Assembly (NCBI GenBank): GCA_963663895.2
Contig: CAXXRD010000002.1
Location: 349,889 to 413,888, forward strand
From: Dehalococcoidia bacterium
GTDB taxonomy: Bacteria > Chloroflexota > Dehalococcoidia > Bin125
Length of the DNA stretch: 64,000 nucleotides
Direction of reading: 5' to 3'
Part shown: positions 36,634 to 45,499 of the stretch, piece by piece
Numbering within the stretch: position 1 is the stretch's first letter
Layout of the letters: each line of letters begins with the position of its first letter
Program-made: the position numbers and the translations under genes
Notes under the pieces: model-generated
What the model was told of the DNA's origin: nothing
The model's database searches: none
Seen by the model: only the letters and a program-made list of their open reading frames with translations

Positions 36634-37455
36634 TCACACAGGAGTGGCTTGCCGCCACATCGACTCGATGTCGCCTTCTATCTGGCGGAATTCATCCGTC
36701 GGGAGCATCCGTAAGCAAGTTAAGCTCGATCCGAAATCCTTGAGAGAAGCATCGACGTGGTACACCGCACCATCGACGAAGAGGAGGCGGAGGTGAGGGA
36801 GTTCGCTCCCGATGCGGCACTCGCTATCCCCGTCCCAGCTCGCTCGCCAATCAGCCCAAGCTTCGGTTACCCCTTGACTTACCCTTGGGTGGTCCGAGCT
36901 GAGGAAGCGCCGCGAGACTCCACTGGGCGCGGCCGCCGCGAGCGTGAAGGTGTCATCGTTCGTGTATTGGTCAATGATAACGAGCGAGTCTTGGGCAGGT
37001 CCGATTAGTTGACGCAGCCTGATGGCACCCTCGAATCGCCGTCCGGCACTGACGTAGGTCGGCCCCGGGCGAAGTTCCTCGGGCGAGAACAGTGCCTCTG
37101 GAGTCTCCGCGCTGTCCTCGCGGGTTCCGCCCAACTCGCAAGCGAGCAGCTTCAGTTCGCGGCAGCCGACAGCGGCTCGTACCAATTCCACGCGAATCTG
37201 ATCGAGGGGTTCCGTTCCGCTCACAGCGGGCCACAGCACCACCTCGACCTGTCGAGGAGCTTCATGTCGGAGTTGTGCGTCGATCTGAGCGAGGAGCGTA
37301 GTCCATCGACGATGCCAGGACGCGATTGCCTCAGCATCTCCTTCGCTGATTAGACGCAGCCCATCGCGACGAAGGTCGGCAAGGCGAGCCACCTGGCCAT
37401 GCAAGCGTTCAATCGGATGTGATGCATCGTCGAGTCGGGCACATTCACTGGCCAC
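36634..37455 (-). CDS. hypothetical partner protein (273 aa) with a degenerate HKD/PLD-like string near the C-terminus
   Basis: The GTG start overlaps the upstream gene's stop by 11 nt (GTGGCCAGTGA). The C-terminus reads PHLRLLFVDGAVYHVDASLKDFG, which resembles HxKx4Dx6GSxN with K replaced by R. Confidence 0.7.
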   Translation of the reverse strand: MASECARLDDASHPIERLHGQVARLADLRRDGLRLISEGDAEAIASWHRRWTTLLAQIDAQLRHEAPRQVEVVLWPAVSGTEPLDQIRVELVRAAVGCRELKLLACELGGTREDSAETPEALFSPEELRPGPTYVSAGRRFEGAIRLRQLIGPAQDSLVIIDQYTNDDTFTLAAAAPSGVSRRFLSSDHPRVSQGVTEAWADWRASWDGDSECRIGSELPHLRLLFVDGAVYHVDASLKDFGSSLTCLRMLPTDEFRQIEGDIESMWRQATPV

Positions 37456-40400
37456 GGTGCCTTAGCCCGAATACTCTCTCGTCACGCTCCCTCGCTGCGG
37501 CGCGGTCGCGTAAGTCGCTGAACACTTGTACGCCCGCGTCGATGATCGCGCCGCGGCGTTGATCGTCCCCGCGGTCGAGTTGTGAGAAGGCATCGACTGT
37601 CTTTTGCCAGTGGTGACTCTCTTCGCCCCACCAGGAACTCTCTGAGAAGCTCGTGGTGCCGACGATCTTCTCCAGATCCCATCCGCGGTCGAGAGCGAGT
37701 AACGCCCGTTCCATCCAATCTTCGCTCGGTCCGCGCCGCAGACATACCCACTGGAGTTCGTCGAGGTCAGCTCGATCCAGCAGCGCCTCCGCTGTGGCCA
37801 AGTCCGCCCCCACGAGTTCCGTGACGACATCTTGGAGAGGGAAGGAGGGAGCGTCGGCGGGAATTGCATCGATCAACTCCCGCCGAACGTGAGGCGGTAA
37901 CCCACCGATTTCCTCTACGAGTGTGTGCGGGAGTGACCAGTGGTCAATAGAGTCACGCTTTAGTCGCGTAAACCAAGCACGAAGCCAGTCGGCGAAGAGT
38001 TCAGGATCACTCTTGAGAATTTCTGAGTACCAGTAGTCGTCCGGTGGGCTGGCGATAATTGCCTCGCGCCAGCGAACTTGTCCTGCTTCGGAGAGGTCGG
38101 ACAACTGCGTCTTCCCCGGCCCATGCGCGATCGCTACGGCTGCGTCGCGTGCAACGATCGGGTCGGAAGCATCCAACAAGCGCTCGACGGTCTCAGTGTC
38201 GACTTGACCTCCGACGACCAACCACTCAATCAAGTTCCGGTGGTCCCTACTTAGCCTCGCAATCCCTTTCGCCCTGAGTTCCTCGCCGACGGGACGCGTG
38301 AGGATCACCTGCAAGGCTACCCACGAGTAGGAATCACCCCCGAGCAACTCGGCCAGCGCAGCCTGCCATCCCTCGGCATCAATCTCGACGGACCGTTGCA
38401 GAAACGGCAGCAGCAGATCAGCGGCCGCGCGACGCCGCACCAGTACATCAGTCCAGGTAAGCGGCTCGGCATTCGACTCAGCGAGGAGTTGCGCTAGACG
38501 CGGCGTGAAGCGCGGGTATGAGATTCCGGCGGCGGTGGCCTCCAAGTCCGACCCGTGTAGAAGCTCGACTTGGTCATCGAGCGATCGCGACTTCGCATCT
38601 TTGGCCAACGCGACGACTGCCGCATCAGCCCTCCGCTCCCAGTCGCTGTGGTCGACCTTGGTACCTGCCCAGTGCTCAGGAAAGAGGGTTTCGAATTCAG
38701 GGGGAATCTCGACTACAAGATCGACCTTCGCACCGTACGAGCGGAGCTTTCTGAGCGCACCTGGGCGGTCGGCGAGAATGCTCGTCAGCCGCTCGATTAC
38801 ACGCCGCGCGACGCCGCGAATCGCGTGAACATCGGCCTCGACTGATGCCCTGCCGAGGCCCAGCGTGCGCGGATAGACCCACGAGTGCATCTCGTCGATC
38901 AGTGGTCCGACGGGCCCGTCCTTCACCCGCGCAACGATTTCAAGGACTCGATCCCAGAGAGGGTCGAGCGCGGTCACTACTGCAGGCGGCAGAGGTGCCT
39001 CTCCGATAGTCAACTTGTTGCCGAGCCCGGGGTCCTGAGTTATTACGCGTATCTGGGGTTGCATCGCATGCGTCAGAGCACGGATCCCGACCCCTATGTC
39101 TCCGTCCGCGCGGAGCCAACGGTCAACGGCCTCGACAGCAGCCTTTCTGACCTCGACTGGGTGGTCGGACGCCGCGATGTGATCACCAATGACTCGGAGC
39201 GGGTGATCCGGAGCGCTGTTCTCGGGACGATCGTCACCGACGGCTGCGTCCAATAGCAAAGGAAGCGTGGCGTTGGGGTCTACTTCCGCGCGGTGCGCTT
39301 CCCGGACGATTTCGTCTCGGAATTGCGGCCAAAGCTTGATGGCGTCCTGGAGTTCATTTGCCCCAAGAAGGGCAAACGCGATGGCTGACTCAGAGTCGCG
39401 GTCATCGACGAGGCTGCGTACAAACTCGCGATCGAACTCGGCGCCGCGGTGAATCGCGCCGAGCAACGGGGCCGCAGCGCTCCGATCGTCGTCCAAGTGC
39501 TGAAGCGAGGCACGCAGGTCGAGAGACCCTGGTTTCGGCAGATAGATATCCCGTACGAGGGCGTATCGAAGATCCACCGGCTGGACGCGCAGGCGGATAA
39601 CACGGCCGGCCTCCGGTGTCTCATCTAGGGTTCCGCCTGACGCAAGCCCTCGAATCAGATCCGCAACCGTGGGCTGATTGAGACCGAGCGCCTGACCGAC
39701 CTGCTCAAGCGTGGCTCCGTACTTTCCGGACAGGGCAAGGAATCCGAGTACATATCGACTTTCAGCACCGATCGACCTTGCATACCAGCCAACGATGTCA
39801 CGAAGGAGCACGTCTCCGGCCGCGACATCTCGCAGATCGCCCGTCAGCGACGCGTGGGCGAGCGTGACTGCGAGTCCCACGCGGCCGTGTGCCTGATTCA
39901 CGAGATGGGCTTGAAGTTCGACCGGGGCCACGATCCCCATTTCCTTAATGACGTCGAGAATCTGATCACGTTCAAGTTCCCCGATCTCGAACTGCGAAGC
40001 ACCCGAGAGCGCTCCAGAAACCTCGTCGACGCTTCCCGGCCAGGTCACGGCCGCGATCTTGAAGCTGGCGCTCATCTGGGACCGCAGTTGCCGGAGCCTG
40101 CTCAGCCGATCTCCCTGCAAATGAGCATCGTCAACCACGATCCTCTGCGGCTGCATGTCGCGGATGGCGTTTTCAAGCTGGCTGACATTCCAGCCATCGT
40201 CGAAGAGTCCCCAGTCATCCTCCATCAACTGCTGAAGCAGGAATGTCTTGCCGATCCCAGGCTTTCCGACGACGACGATATCGCTTTCGATGGCTTTCAG
40301 TTGCTCGAACTCTCGGTCTCTTCCGATGAGGGGAATCTCTGGCATAGGGCGACGGGTGACAGGGAGCCGAGACAGCGCGCGGGCCTCACCGGGAACTCCG

Positions 40401-40828
40401 AGAAGTTCTTGCCGCCATGCCGCGTTCCGGTAGAGCCGCCCGATGAAGTCGGCACGATCATGGACAGCGGCGAGGCGGACGCCGAATTGATCGCGCAGGA
40501 GATGGTCTAGCTTGAGTCGACGGCGTCCACTGATCGGTCTTGTGGTCGCGAACACAATCGCGCGGCGCTCACCCCCGGCATCGACATGACTATTGACGTT
40601 GCGCTCGAGATTGCCGCGCGCGTCTTCTTGGACACTGGCTACAAGGAAGAACGGGGTACCGTCAGACAGCTCTCCGATTCCGTCCATGCCTGCATCGTTC
40701 CCGCCCTCGACTGGACGGAGCGACGGGTAGTCCTCACGCAGTAGATCGACTGCACAGCGCTCGAATGTCGGGCCGTCGAGCGGTCGAGCGGTTGCGTCCC
40801 GAATCGCGAGATACAGGGGATCTGGCAT
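37445..40828 (-). CDS. 1127-aa protein: Mrr/restriction-endonuclease-like N-terminal domain, P-loop STAND/AAA-type NTPase, long alpha-helical C-terminal region
   Basis: The N-terminus (FERCAVDLLREDYPSLRPVEGGNDAGMDGIG...FFLVASVQED...RAIVFATTRPIS) parallels the Mrr_cat layout. Walker A is VVVGKPGIGKTFLLQQL and Walker B is QRIVVDDAHL. The remaining roughly 700 aa are Leu/Ala/Asp/Arg-rich and helical-looking. Confidence 0.85.
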   Translation of the reverse strand: MPDPLYLAIRDATARPLDGPTFERCAVDLLREDYPSLRPVEGGNDAGMDGIGELSDGTPFFLVASVQEDARGNLERNVNSHVDAGGERRAIVFATTRPISGRRRLKLDHLLRDQFGVRLAAVHDRADFIGRLYRNAAWRQELLGVPGEARALSRLPVTRRPMPEIPLIGRDREFEQLKAIESDIVVVGKPGIGKTFLLQQLMEDDWGLFDDGWNVSQLENAIRDMQPQRIVVDDAHLQGDRLSRLRQLRSQMSASFKIAAVTWPGSVDEVSGALSGASQFEIGELERDQILDVIKEMGIVAPVELQAHLVNQAHGRVGLAVTLAHASLTGDLRDVAAGDVLLRDIVGWYARSIGAESRYVLGFLALSGKYGATLEQVGQALGLNQPTVADLIRGLASGGTLDETPEAGRVIRLRVQPVDLRYALVRDIYLPKPGSLDLRASLQHLDDDRSAAAPLLGAIHRGAEFDREFVRSLVDDRDSESAIAFALLGANELQDAIKLWPQFRDEIVREAHRAEVDPNATLPLLLDAAVGDDRPENSAPDHPLRVIGDHIAASDHPVEVRKAAVEAVDRWLRADGDIGVGIRALTHAMQPQIRVITQDPGLGNKLTIGEAPLPPAVVTALDPLWDRVLEIVARVKDGPVGPLIDEMHSWVYPRTLGLGRASVEADVHAIRGVARRVIERLTSILADRPGALRKLRSYGAKVDLVVEIPPEFETLFPEHWAGTKVDHSDWERRADAAVVALAKDAKSRSLDDQVELLHGSDLEATAAGISYPRFTPRLAQLLAESNAEPLTWTDVLVRRRAAADLLLPFLQRSVEIDAEGWQAALAELLGGDSYSWVALQVILTRPVGEELRAKGIARLSRDHRNLIEWLVVGGQVDTETVERLLDASDPIVARDAAVAIAHGPGKTQLSDLSEAGQVRWREAIIASPPDDYWYSEILKSDPELFADWLRAWFTRLKRDSIDHWSLPHTLVEEIGGLPPHVRRELIDAIPADAPSFPLQDVVTELVGADLATAEALLDRADLDELQWVCLRRGPSEDWMERALLALDRGWDLEKIVGTTSFSESSWWGEESHHWQKTVDAFSQLDRGDDQRRGAIIDAGVQVFSDLRDRAAARERDERVFGLRHRGQ

Positions 40829-41029
40829 GTAAACGCTCCGCAGAGTGGCCTACGCTCAGTCTAATATGGCCGTGCCTCCCCCAAGAGGGACGATCGGCAG
40901 TTTCAGGCCGAAAAGGGACCGCGGCCGCTGCCATGCGCGAGATGCCATTCCCGAGAGCCTCCTACTTCATGGCCGGCATACGTAGTGGCTACAGGTCTGG
41001 GGCGACAACCTCCGTAGGTGTAGTGAGCT

Positions 41030-41128
41030 TCACGTTCGAGGTGGGCCGAGGCCGTTCATGCGTTCCGGCCGGTTGAGCATGATGCGGGCGACGCGGTCCG
41101 CTCGCTCGTAGGTGATCGTTTCCGGCAT
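41030..41128 (-). pseudogene. 5' remnant (32 codons) of an enoyl-CoA hydratase/crotonase gene
   Basis: My own translation is MPETITYERADRVARIMLNRPERMNGLGPPRT*, carrying the canonical crotonase N-terminal (..I.LNRPE..NA) pattern. GAGGAGG RBS. The ATG lies 11 nt after the hyuB stop. The reading frame collapses where the lower-G+C insertion begins. Confidence 0.6.
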
Positions 41129-41139
41129 GTCCAGCCTCC

Positions 41140-42927
41140 TCAGCTGCCAGCGCGGGCGGCCTGAAGCTCGGCGCGGAGGGCAGCAGTCGCTCCGGCGTCG
41201 ATCTCATAAGAAAGGCAGCGGCGATCCAGCTCACGCACCACCACGCCGTAGTCGGCGCGCGCACCTTCGATCGAGACGTACTCGTCGATCACATCGTTGA
41301 GTACGCGCTCCGGGTCACGTTCCAAGGGATCGCCGTAGCCGCCGCCGCCCGCGGACCAGAAGGAGAGCAGGTCCCCCACTGCGACGGGCACAAGGACCGA
41401 GAATACCGGCAGGGATTGCTCGCGCTCGGTGTCGGGATTCAGCGCCATGCCCGCCGTTCGCCCCACTCGGCCGTCGAAGACGCCGGGAGGGCCGAAGCGC
41501 TCGCGGTTGCCGAATGTGGAGAGCGTGCCCGCCACGTAGGGGAAGGTGACGAGCTGGTGAACGGCCATGCCCCCGCGCGAGCGGCCTGGTCCGCCCGAGT
41601 TCTGCAAGAGCTGGTAGCGCTGATAGAGGAGGGGGAAGCGTCTCTCCTGGAGCTCGGCGGGGACGTTGACGATCGTGGAGGCGTACGGCGATCCGACGAC
41701 GTTGGCGCCGTCTTTGGCGCGCGAGCCGCCCATGCCGCCGGGCGACCAGATGTAACAGATATAGGTGGTGGCGAAGCCATCGCGCGTGTCCCAGCCGTGG
41801 TAGGTGGTGTTGAGGATCGTCGAGGCAACGCCAGCGCCGCGCGCCGGCAGCGCCGCGCTCATCGCCAGGGTGACGGCGCCGATCACCGCCTCCATGCTGC
41901 TTGCGGCGGTCGCGGAGATCGCGGACGGGGACTGCGCGTGGCAGATGGAGCCGGGCGTCGTGCGGATCGTCATCGCCCGCAGGATGCCGGCGTTCATGGG
42001 CATGGTAGGGAGGATCGATCCGACCGCGATGAAGACAGCGGAGGTCGTGGCGGCGATCGTGGAGTTGACGCCAGAGCCGGCGGCGCCGTCGCTGGCGGTC
42101 AGGTCGACGTCGGCGTGATCGCCGTCGATGGTGAGACGCAGCCGTATGGCGACCGGATCGCCGGTTGCCACGTCTTCGTCGACCCAGTCTTCCGCCTCGT
42201 AGACGCCGTCTGGAAGGGCGCGCAGATTCTCTCGCATCATGCGCTCGGACTGGTTCTGAATCTCCGCCATGCCCGCCAGGACGGCGGCGAGGCCGTGCTT
42301 CTCCGCGAGCTCGCGGATGCGCCGGTCGCCAAGCCGGACCGCAGAGGTCTGCGCGTTGAGATCGCCCATGCGTTCCCAAGACTCACGCATGTTGTGGAGC
42401 AGGAGGGCAACGACGTCGCGGTTGAGCTCCCCCGCGCGCCAGATCGTGATCGCTGGGATGCGCACGCCTTCCTCGTAGTGGGAGCGGGCGCTGACGTTGA
42501 TCGACCCAGGTGCGATGCCGCCTACGTCCGACCAGTGCGCTGTGGAGGACACGAAGGCGATGATCTGATCCTCGTAAAAAACGGGACGGACGAAGTGGAT
42601 GTCATTGCAGTGGGTGCTGGCGACGTAGGGGTCGTTGATCATGTAGATGTCGTCGGGCCGCATATTGGCGACGCCGATGCTGCGCAGCACCTCGGGCACG
42701 GCCACCATGGTGATGCCGACGAAGGCCGGGAGATCCGTCTCCCCCTGCGCCACCAAGAAGCCGTGGCGGTCGTAGATAGCCCCGGCGAAGTCCCGTCCCT
42801 CGGCCACGGCGATGGAGTAGGCGCTCTTCGCCACGAGCAGGGCCATCTCGTTGCAGACGGCGCGCAAGCCCGTGGAGACGAGCTCATAGAGAACGGGGTC
42901 AATGGACGGGGGGAGACGCTCGTTCAT
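41140..42927 (-). CDS. hydantoinase B/oxoprolinase family protein (HyuB-like), with no adjacent HyuA
   Basis: IDPVLYELVSTGL...INDPYVASTHCNDIHFVRPVF. 595 aa, a clear paralog of 34719..36506. Confidence 0.9.
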   Translation of the reverse strand: MNERLPPSIDPVLYELVSTGLRAVCNEMALLVAKSAYSIAVAEGRDFAGAIYDRHGFLVAQGETDLPAFVGITMVAVPEVLRSIGVANMRPDDIYMINDPYVASTHCNDIHFVRPVFYEDQIIAFVSSTAHWSDVGGIAPGSINVSARSHYEEGVRIPAITIWRAGELNRDVVALLLHNMRESWERMGDLNAQTSAVRLGDRRIRELAEKHGLAAVLAGMAEIQNQSERMMRENLRALPDGVYEAEDWVDEDVATGDPVAIRLRLTIDGDHADVDLTASDGAAGSGVNSTIAATTSAVFIAVGSILPTMPMNAGILRAMTIRTTPGSICHAQSPSAISATAASSMEAVIGAVTLAMSAALPARGAGVASTILNTTYHGWDTRDGFATTYICYIWSPGGMGGSRAKDGANVVGSPYASTIVNVPAELQERRFPLLYQRYQLLQNSGGPGRSRGGMAVHQLVTFPYVAGTLSTFGNRERFGPPGVFDGRVGRTAGMALNPDTEREQSLPVFSVLVPVAVGDLLSFWSAGGGGYGDPLERDPERVLNDVIDEYVSIEGARADYGVVVRELDRRCLSYEIDAGATAALRAELQAARAGS

Positions 42928-42980
42928 GGATTCGCTTCAACTCGTTTCAGTCCAGCATGCGGCAGGCTAGCGGGTTCGCG

Positions 42981-43919
42981 CTATGCGAGCAGAGCGGCGA
43001 CGCGGGCGACGGCGGCAGGCTGGTGCTCGGAGGCCCAGAGGGTCGAAACCGTGAGCGTGACGCCCGCCGCTTGCCACGCCTCGATCTTGTCGCGCATCTG
43101 CGAGCGCGAGCCGAAGATCCCGACATCTTCCGCCATGCGCTCACTGATGGCCGCTTCCACCGCCGTGTGGTCGCCGGCGGCGAGCGCGGCCTGCGCACGC
43201 TGCACTTCCTCCCCATAGCCAGCTTCCGTGAAGAAGGCCGTATAGTTGGGGAGCGGCATGTGGAGCGCGAGAAAGCGCCGGACGAAGGCCAGGCCTTCCT
43301 CGCGCTCCTCGTTGATCCAGATCGGCGCGATGTTGGCGAAGGTGCATTGCGCCCGCTTCGCCTCGGGAATCTCTTGCTGCAGGGCCGCGACGTGGGAGAG
43401 GGGGATGTTGGCACCGAGGGCGCCTTCCGCGATCTCGCCGGCAAGCCGGGTCATCTTGCGCCGCAGGGCCGCAATCCATATCGGGGGAAGGGGCTGGCCG
43501 CGGGCCGCGGCCCGCAGCTGCTGAACGTAGTCGCGGACATGCCCCAAGGGCTTCTCCCAGGTGATCCCGAAGGGCTCCAGGATCGCCGCGTGGCCCGTGC
43601 CGAGGCCGAGCCGGAAGCGGCCACCGCTGACCTCATGGTTGAAGGAGGCAGCGCCCGCCAAGTCGGCGGGATGGCGCATGTAGGTGATGCTGATGCCGCT
43701 GCCGACGGTGATCTCATTGGTGGCCTGGAGAATGGCGGAGCAGAGGCTGAGCGCGTCGTATACCTCCGAGATGGCTCCAACCCAGTCTCCCTTGGGAACC
43801 GCCCAGTCGTAGGGGCAGAGGATGTGATCGAATCCCTGACGATCGAGCTGCTGCGCGAGCTCAATGGCCGCGCGGCGCTCGCCCGGCTGAGCAGCCACCA
43901 TGATGCCCGGTTTCGCCAT
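42981..43919 (-). CDS. LLM-class flavin/F420-dependent oxidoreductase
   Basis: GGRFRLGLGTGH and overall LLM-like sequence. Start trimmed to the ATG at 43919 (MAKPGIMVAA...). Confidence 0.8.
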   Translation of the reverse strand: MAKPGIMVAAQPGERRAAIELAQQLDRQGFDHILCPYDWAVPKGDWVGAISEVYDALSLCSAILQATNEITVGSGISITYMRHPADLAGAASFNHEVSGGRFRLGLGTGHAAILEPFGITWEKPLGHVRDYVQQLRAAARGQPLPPIWIAALRRKMTRLAGEIAEGALGANIPLSHVAALQQEIPEAKRAQCTFANIAPIWINEEREEGLAFVRRFLALHMPLPNYTAFFTEAGYGEEVQRAQAALAAGDHTAVEAAISERMAEDVGIFGSRSQMRDKIEAWQAAGVTLTVSTLWASEHQPAAVARVAALLA

Positions 43920-43980
43920 CGTTGCCCTCCCCACTCTGGCCGCTACGATACTGCGCGACGCAAGCGATGGGAGGAAGGGT

Positions 43981-44838
43981 ATGCCAGCACCAGCGCCGCC
44001 CGGAGCGCGACTCCGAGCGCTCATGGATCGGGGGACGGTCGTCGCGCCGTTCGTATGGGACGGCGGACAGGCCGCGTACGCCGCCGCGGCCGGGCATGCG
44101 GCGGTCTACATGACCGGATTCGGCACGGCGGCGGCGCACGGGGTGCCGGATATCGGGCTGCTGGGGATGGGCGAAATGGTCGCGAACGCCCGGCGGATCG
44201 CAGCGGCGGTCGACGTGCCCGTGATCGCGGACGCGGATACCGGCTACGGCAACGCGGCCAACGTCACGCGGACCGTCGAAAGCTATGAGGCGGCGGGAGT
44301 GGCGGCGCTGCACATTGAGGATCAGGTTTGGCCCAAGCGCTGCGGTTTCATGGCCGGCAAGGAGGTCATCCCGATCGAGGAAGCGGTGCAGAAAGTGCGG
44401 GCCGCGTGTACCGCCCGCCGCGACGGGTCGCTGGTGGTGATCGCCAGGACGGATGCGCTGGCACCGCAGGGCTGGGACGAGGTCGATCGACGGATCCACG
44501 CCTTCGCGGAGGCCGGAGCGGACCTGGTGTTCGTCGACGGGCTCAAGACACGGGATGACATCGAGCGGGTGGCGGCGATGGCGCCGGATCTGCCGCGCCT
44601 GCTGAATAGCGGGCTGTTGCAGGCGGAAGAGGCGGCAGCCTTGGGCTACCGGCTGGTGCTTGCCCTCGACACGATCCATGCCTTATTCGGCGCGATCCGC
44701 GACATCTACGAGGAGCTGGCGCGGCGCGGCCGCCTTGACGCGGCCGGGCGAGAGATGCCGGACGTGGAAGCGATCGCACGCGTCCTCGGGGTCGAGCGCT
44801 ACCGAGCGGCGGAAGCGGCGGCGGAGACGGCGCGCTAG
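43981..44838 (+). CDS. isocitrate lyase/PEP mutase family protein
   Basis: VIADADTGYGNA and LHIEDQVWPKRCG signature strings. Start trimmed to the ATG at 43981, which has GGGAGGAAGG upstream. Confidence 0.85.
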   Translation: MPAPAPPGARLRALMDRGTVVAPFVWDGGQAAYAAAAGHAAVYMTGFGTAAAHGVPDIGLLGMGEMVANARRIAAAVDVPVIADADTGYGNAANVTRTVESYEAAGVAALHIEDQVWPKRCGFMAGKEVIPIEEAVQKVRAACTARRDGSLVVIARTDALAPQGWDEVDRRIHAFAEAGADLVFVDGLKTRDDIERVAAMAPDLPRLLNSGLLQAEEAAALGYRLVLALDTIHALFGAIRDIYEELARRGRLDAAGREMPDVEAIARVLGVERYRAAEAAAETAR

Positions 44839-45473
44839 GAGGCGGCGCCGATCTCCTGCAGGTAGGCGATCACTTCGGCTTCGTCGACGACATCTCCGTA
44901 TTTGGCGTTCATGTCGAAGAGGTTGGCCTCGTGGGGCCGCTCATCGCGATCGCCGACGGCCTCGCGCACGATGACGGGGCGGAAGCCGCTGGAGACGGTA
45001 TCGATGCAGGTGGCGCGGATGCAGCCGCTGGTCGTCAGGCCGGCAATGATCAGCGTATCGATACCAAGTGCGGTGAGGGTGGCCGCCAAGCTGGTGCCGA
45101 AGAAGGCGCTGGGATATTGCTTGGAGATGACGAGCTCGTCGTCGCGCGGATCGAGTCCCTCGGGCCAAGCGCCCAGCGCCGATCCCTCTTCGAAGATTCG
45201 CAGTGTGGGCACTTTCTTGACGAAGATGCCCCCATCGGCGGCGCCTTTCATGTAACGCACATTGGTGAAGGCGATGAAGACGCCGGCCCGCCGTGCGGCC
45301 GCGAGCACGCGCTTGGCGGACTCCAGCGTGTCCTCGACGCCCGCGTAGAGCGGCGAGGCGTTGTCGAAATAGGCCTCCACCATATCGACCACGAGGAGAG
45401 CGGGGCGGTCACCGAAGCCGAGGCGCTGATTGTACCCGGCGCCGGCGTAATCCTGGTCGAGATCTTGTGTCAT
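44835..45473 (-). CDS. isochorismatase-family cysteine hydrolase
   Basis: PALLVVDMVEAYF and GLTTSGCIRATCID (nucleophile Cys). Start trimmed to the ATG at 45473. Confidence 0.85.
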   Translation of the reverse strand: MTQDLDQDYAGAGYNQRLGFGDRPALLVVDMVEAYFDNASPLYAGVEDTLESAKRVLAAARRAGVFIAFTNVRYMKGAADGGIFVKKVPTLRIFEEGSALGAWPEGLDPRDDELVISKQYPSAFFGTSLAATLTALGIDTLIIAGLTTSGCIRATCIDTVSSGFRPVIVREAVGDRDERPHEANLFDMNAKYGDVVDEAEVIAYLQEIGAAS

Positions 45474-45499
45474 GACGCGTCGTCCTCCGTGATTCCAGG

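Larger units (their letters stand above)
36507..41029. mobile_element. lower-G+C two-gene insertion (boundaries approximate; no recombinase or terminal repeats found)
   Basis: The composition shift is visible by eye. The right edge abuts a crotonase gene cut to 32 codons. Both flanks are hyuB paralogs. Confidence 0.5.

Noticed and set aside
40829-40900. An attempted sigma-70-type promoter call upstream of the 1127-aa gene (TTGGGG ... TATTAG/TAGACT on the - strand).
   Set aside because: The spacer lengths (12 or 15 nt) do not fit well, and I cannot support the call without TSS data.
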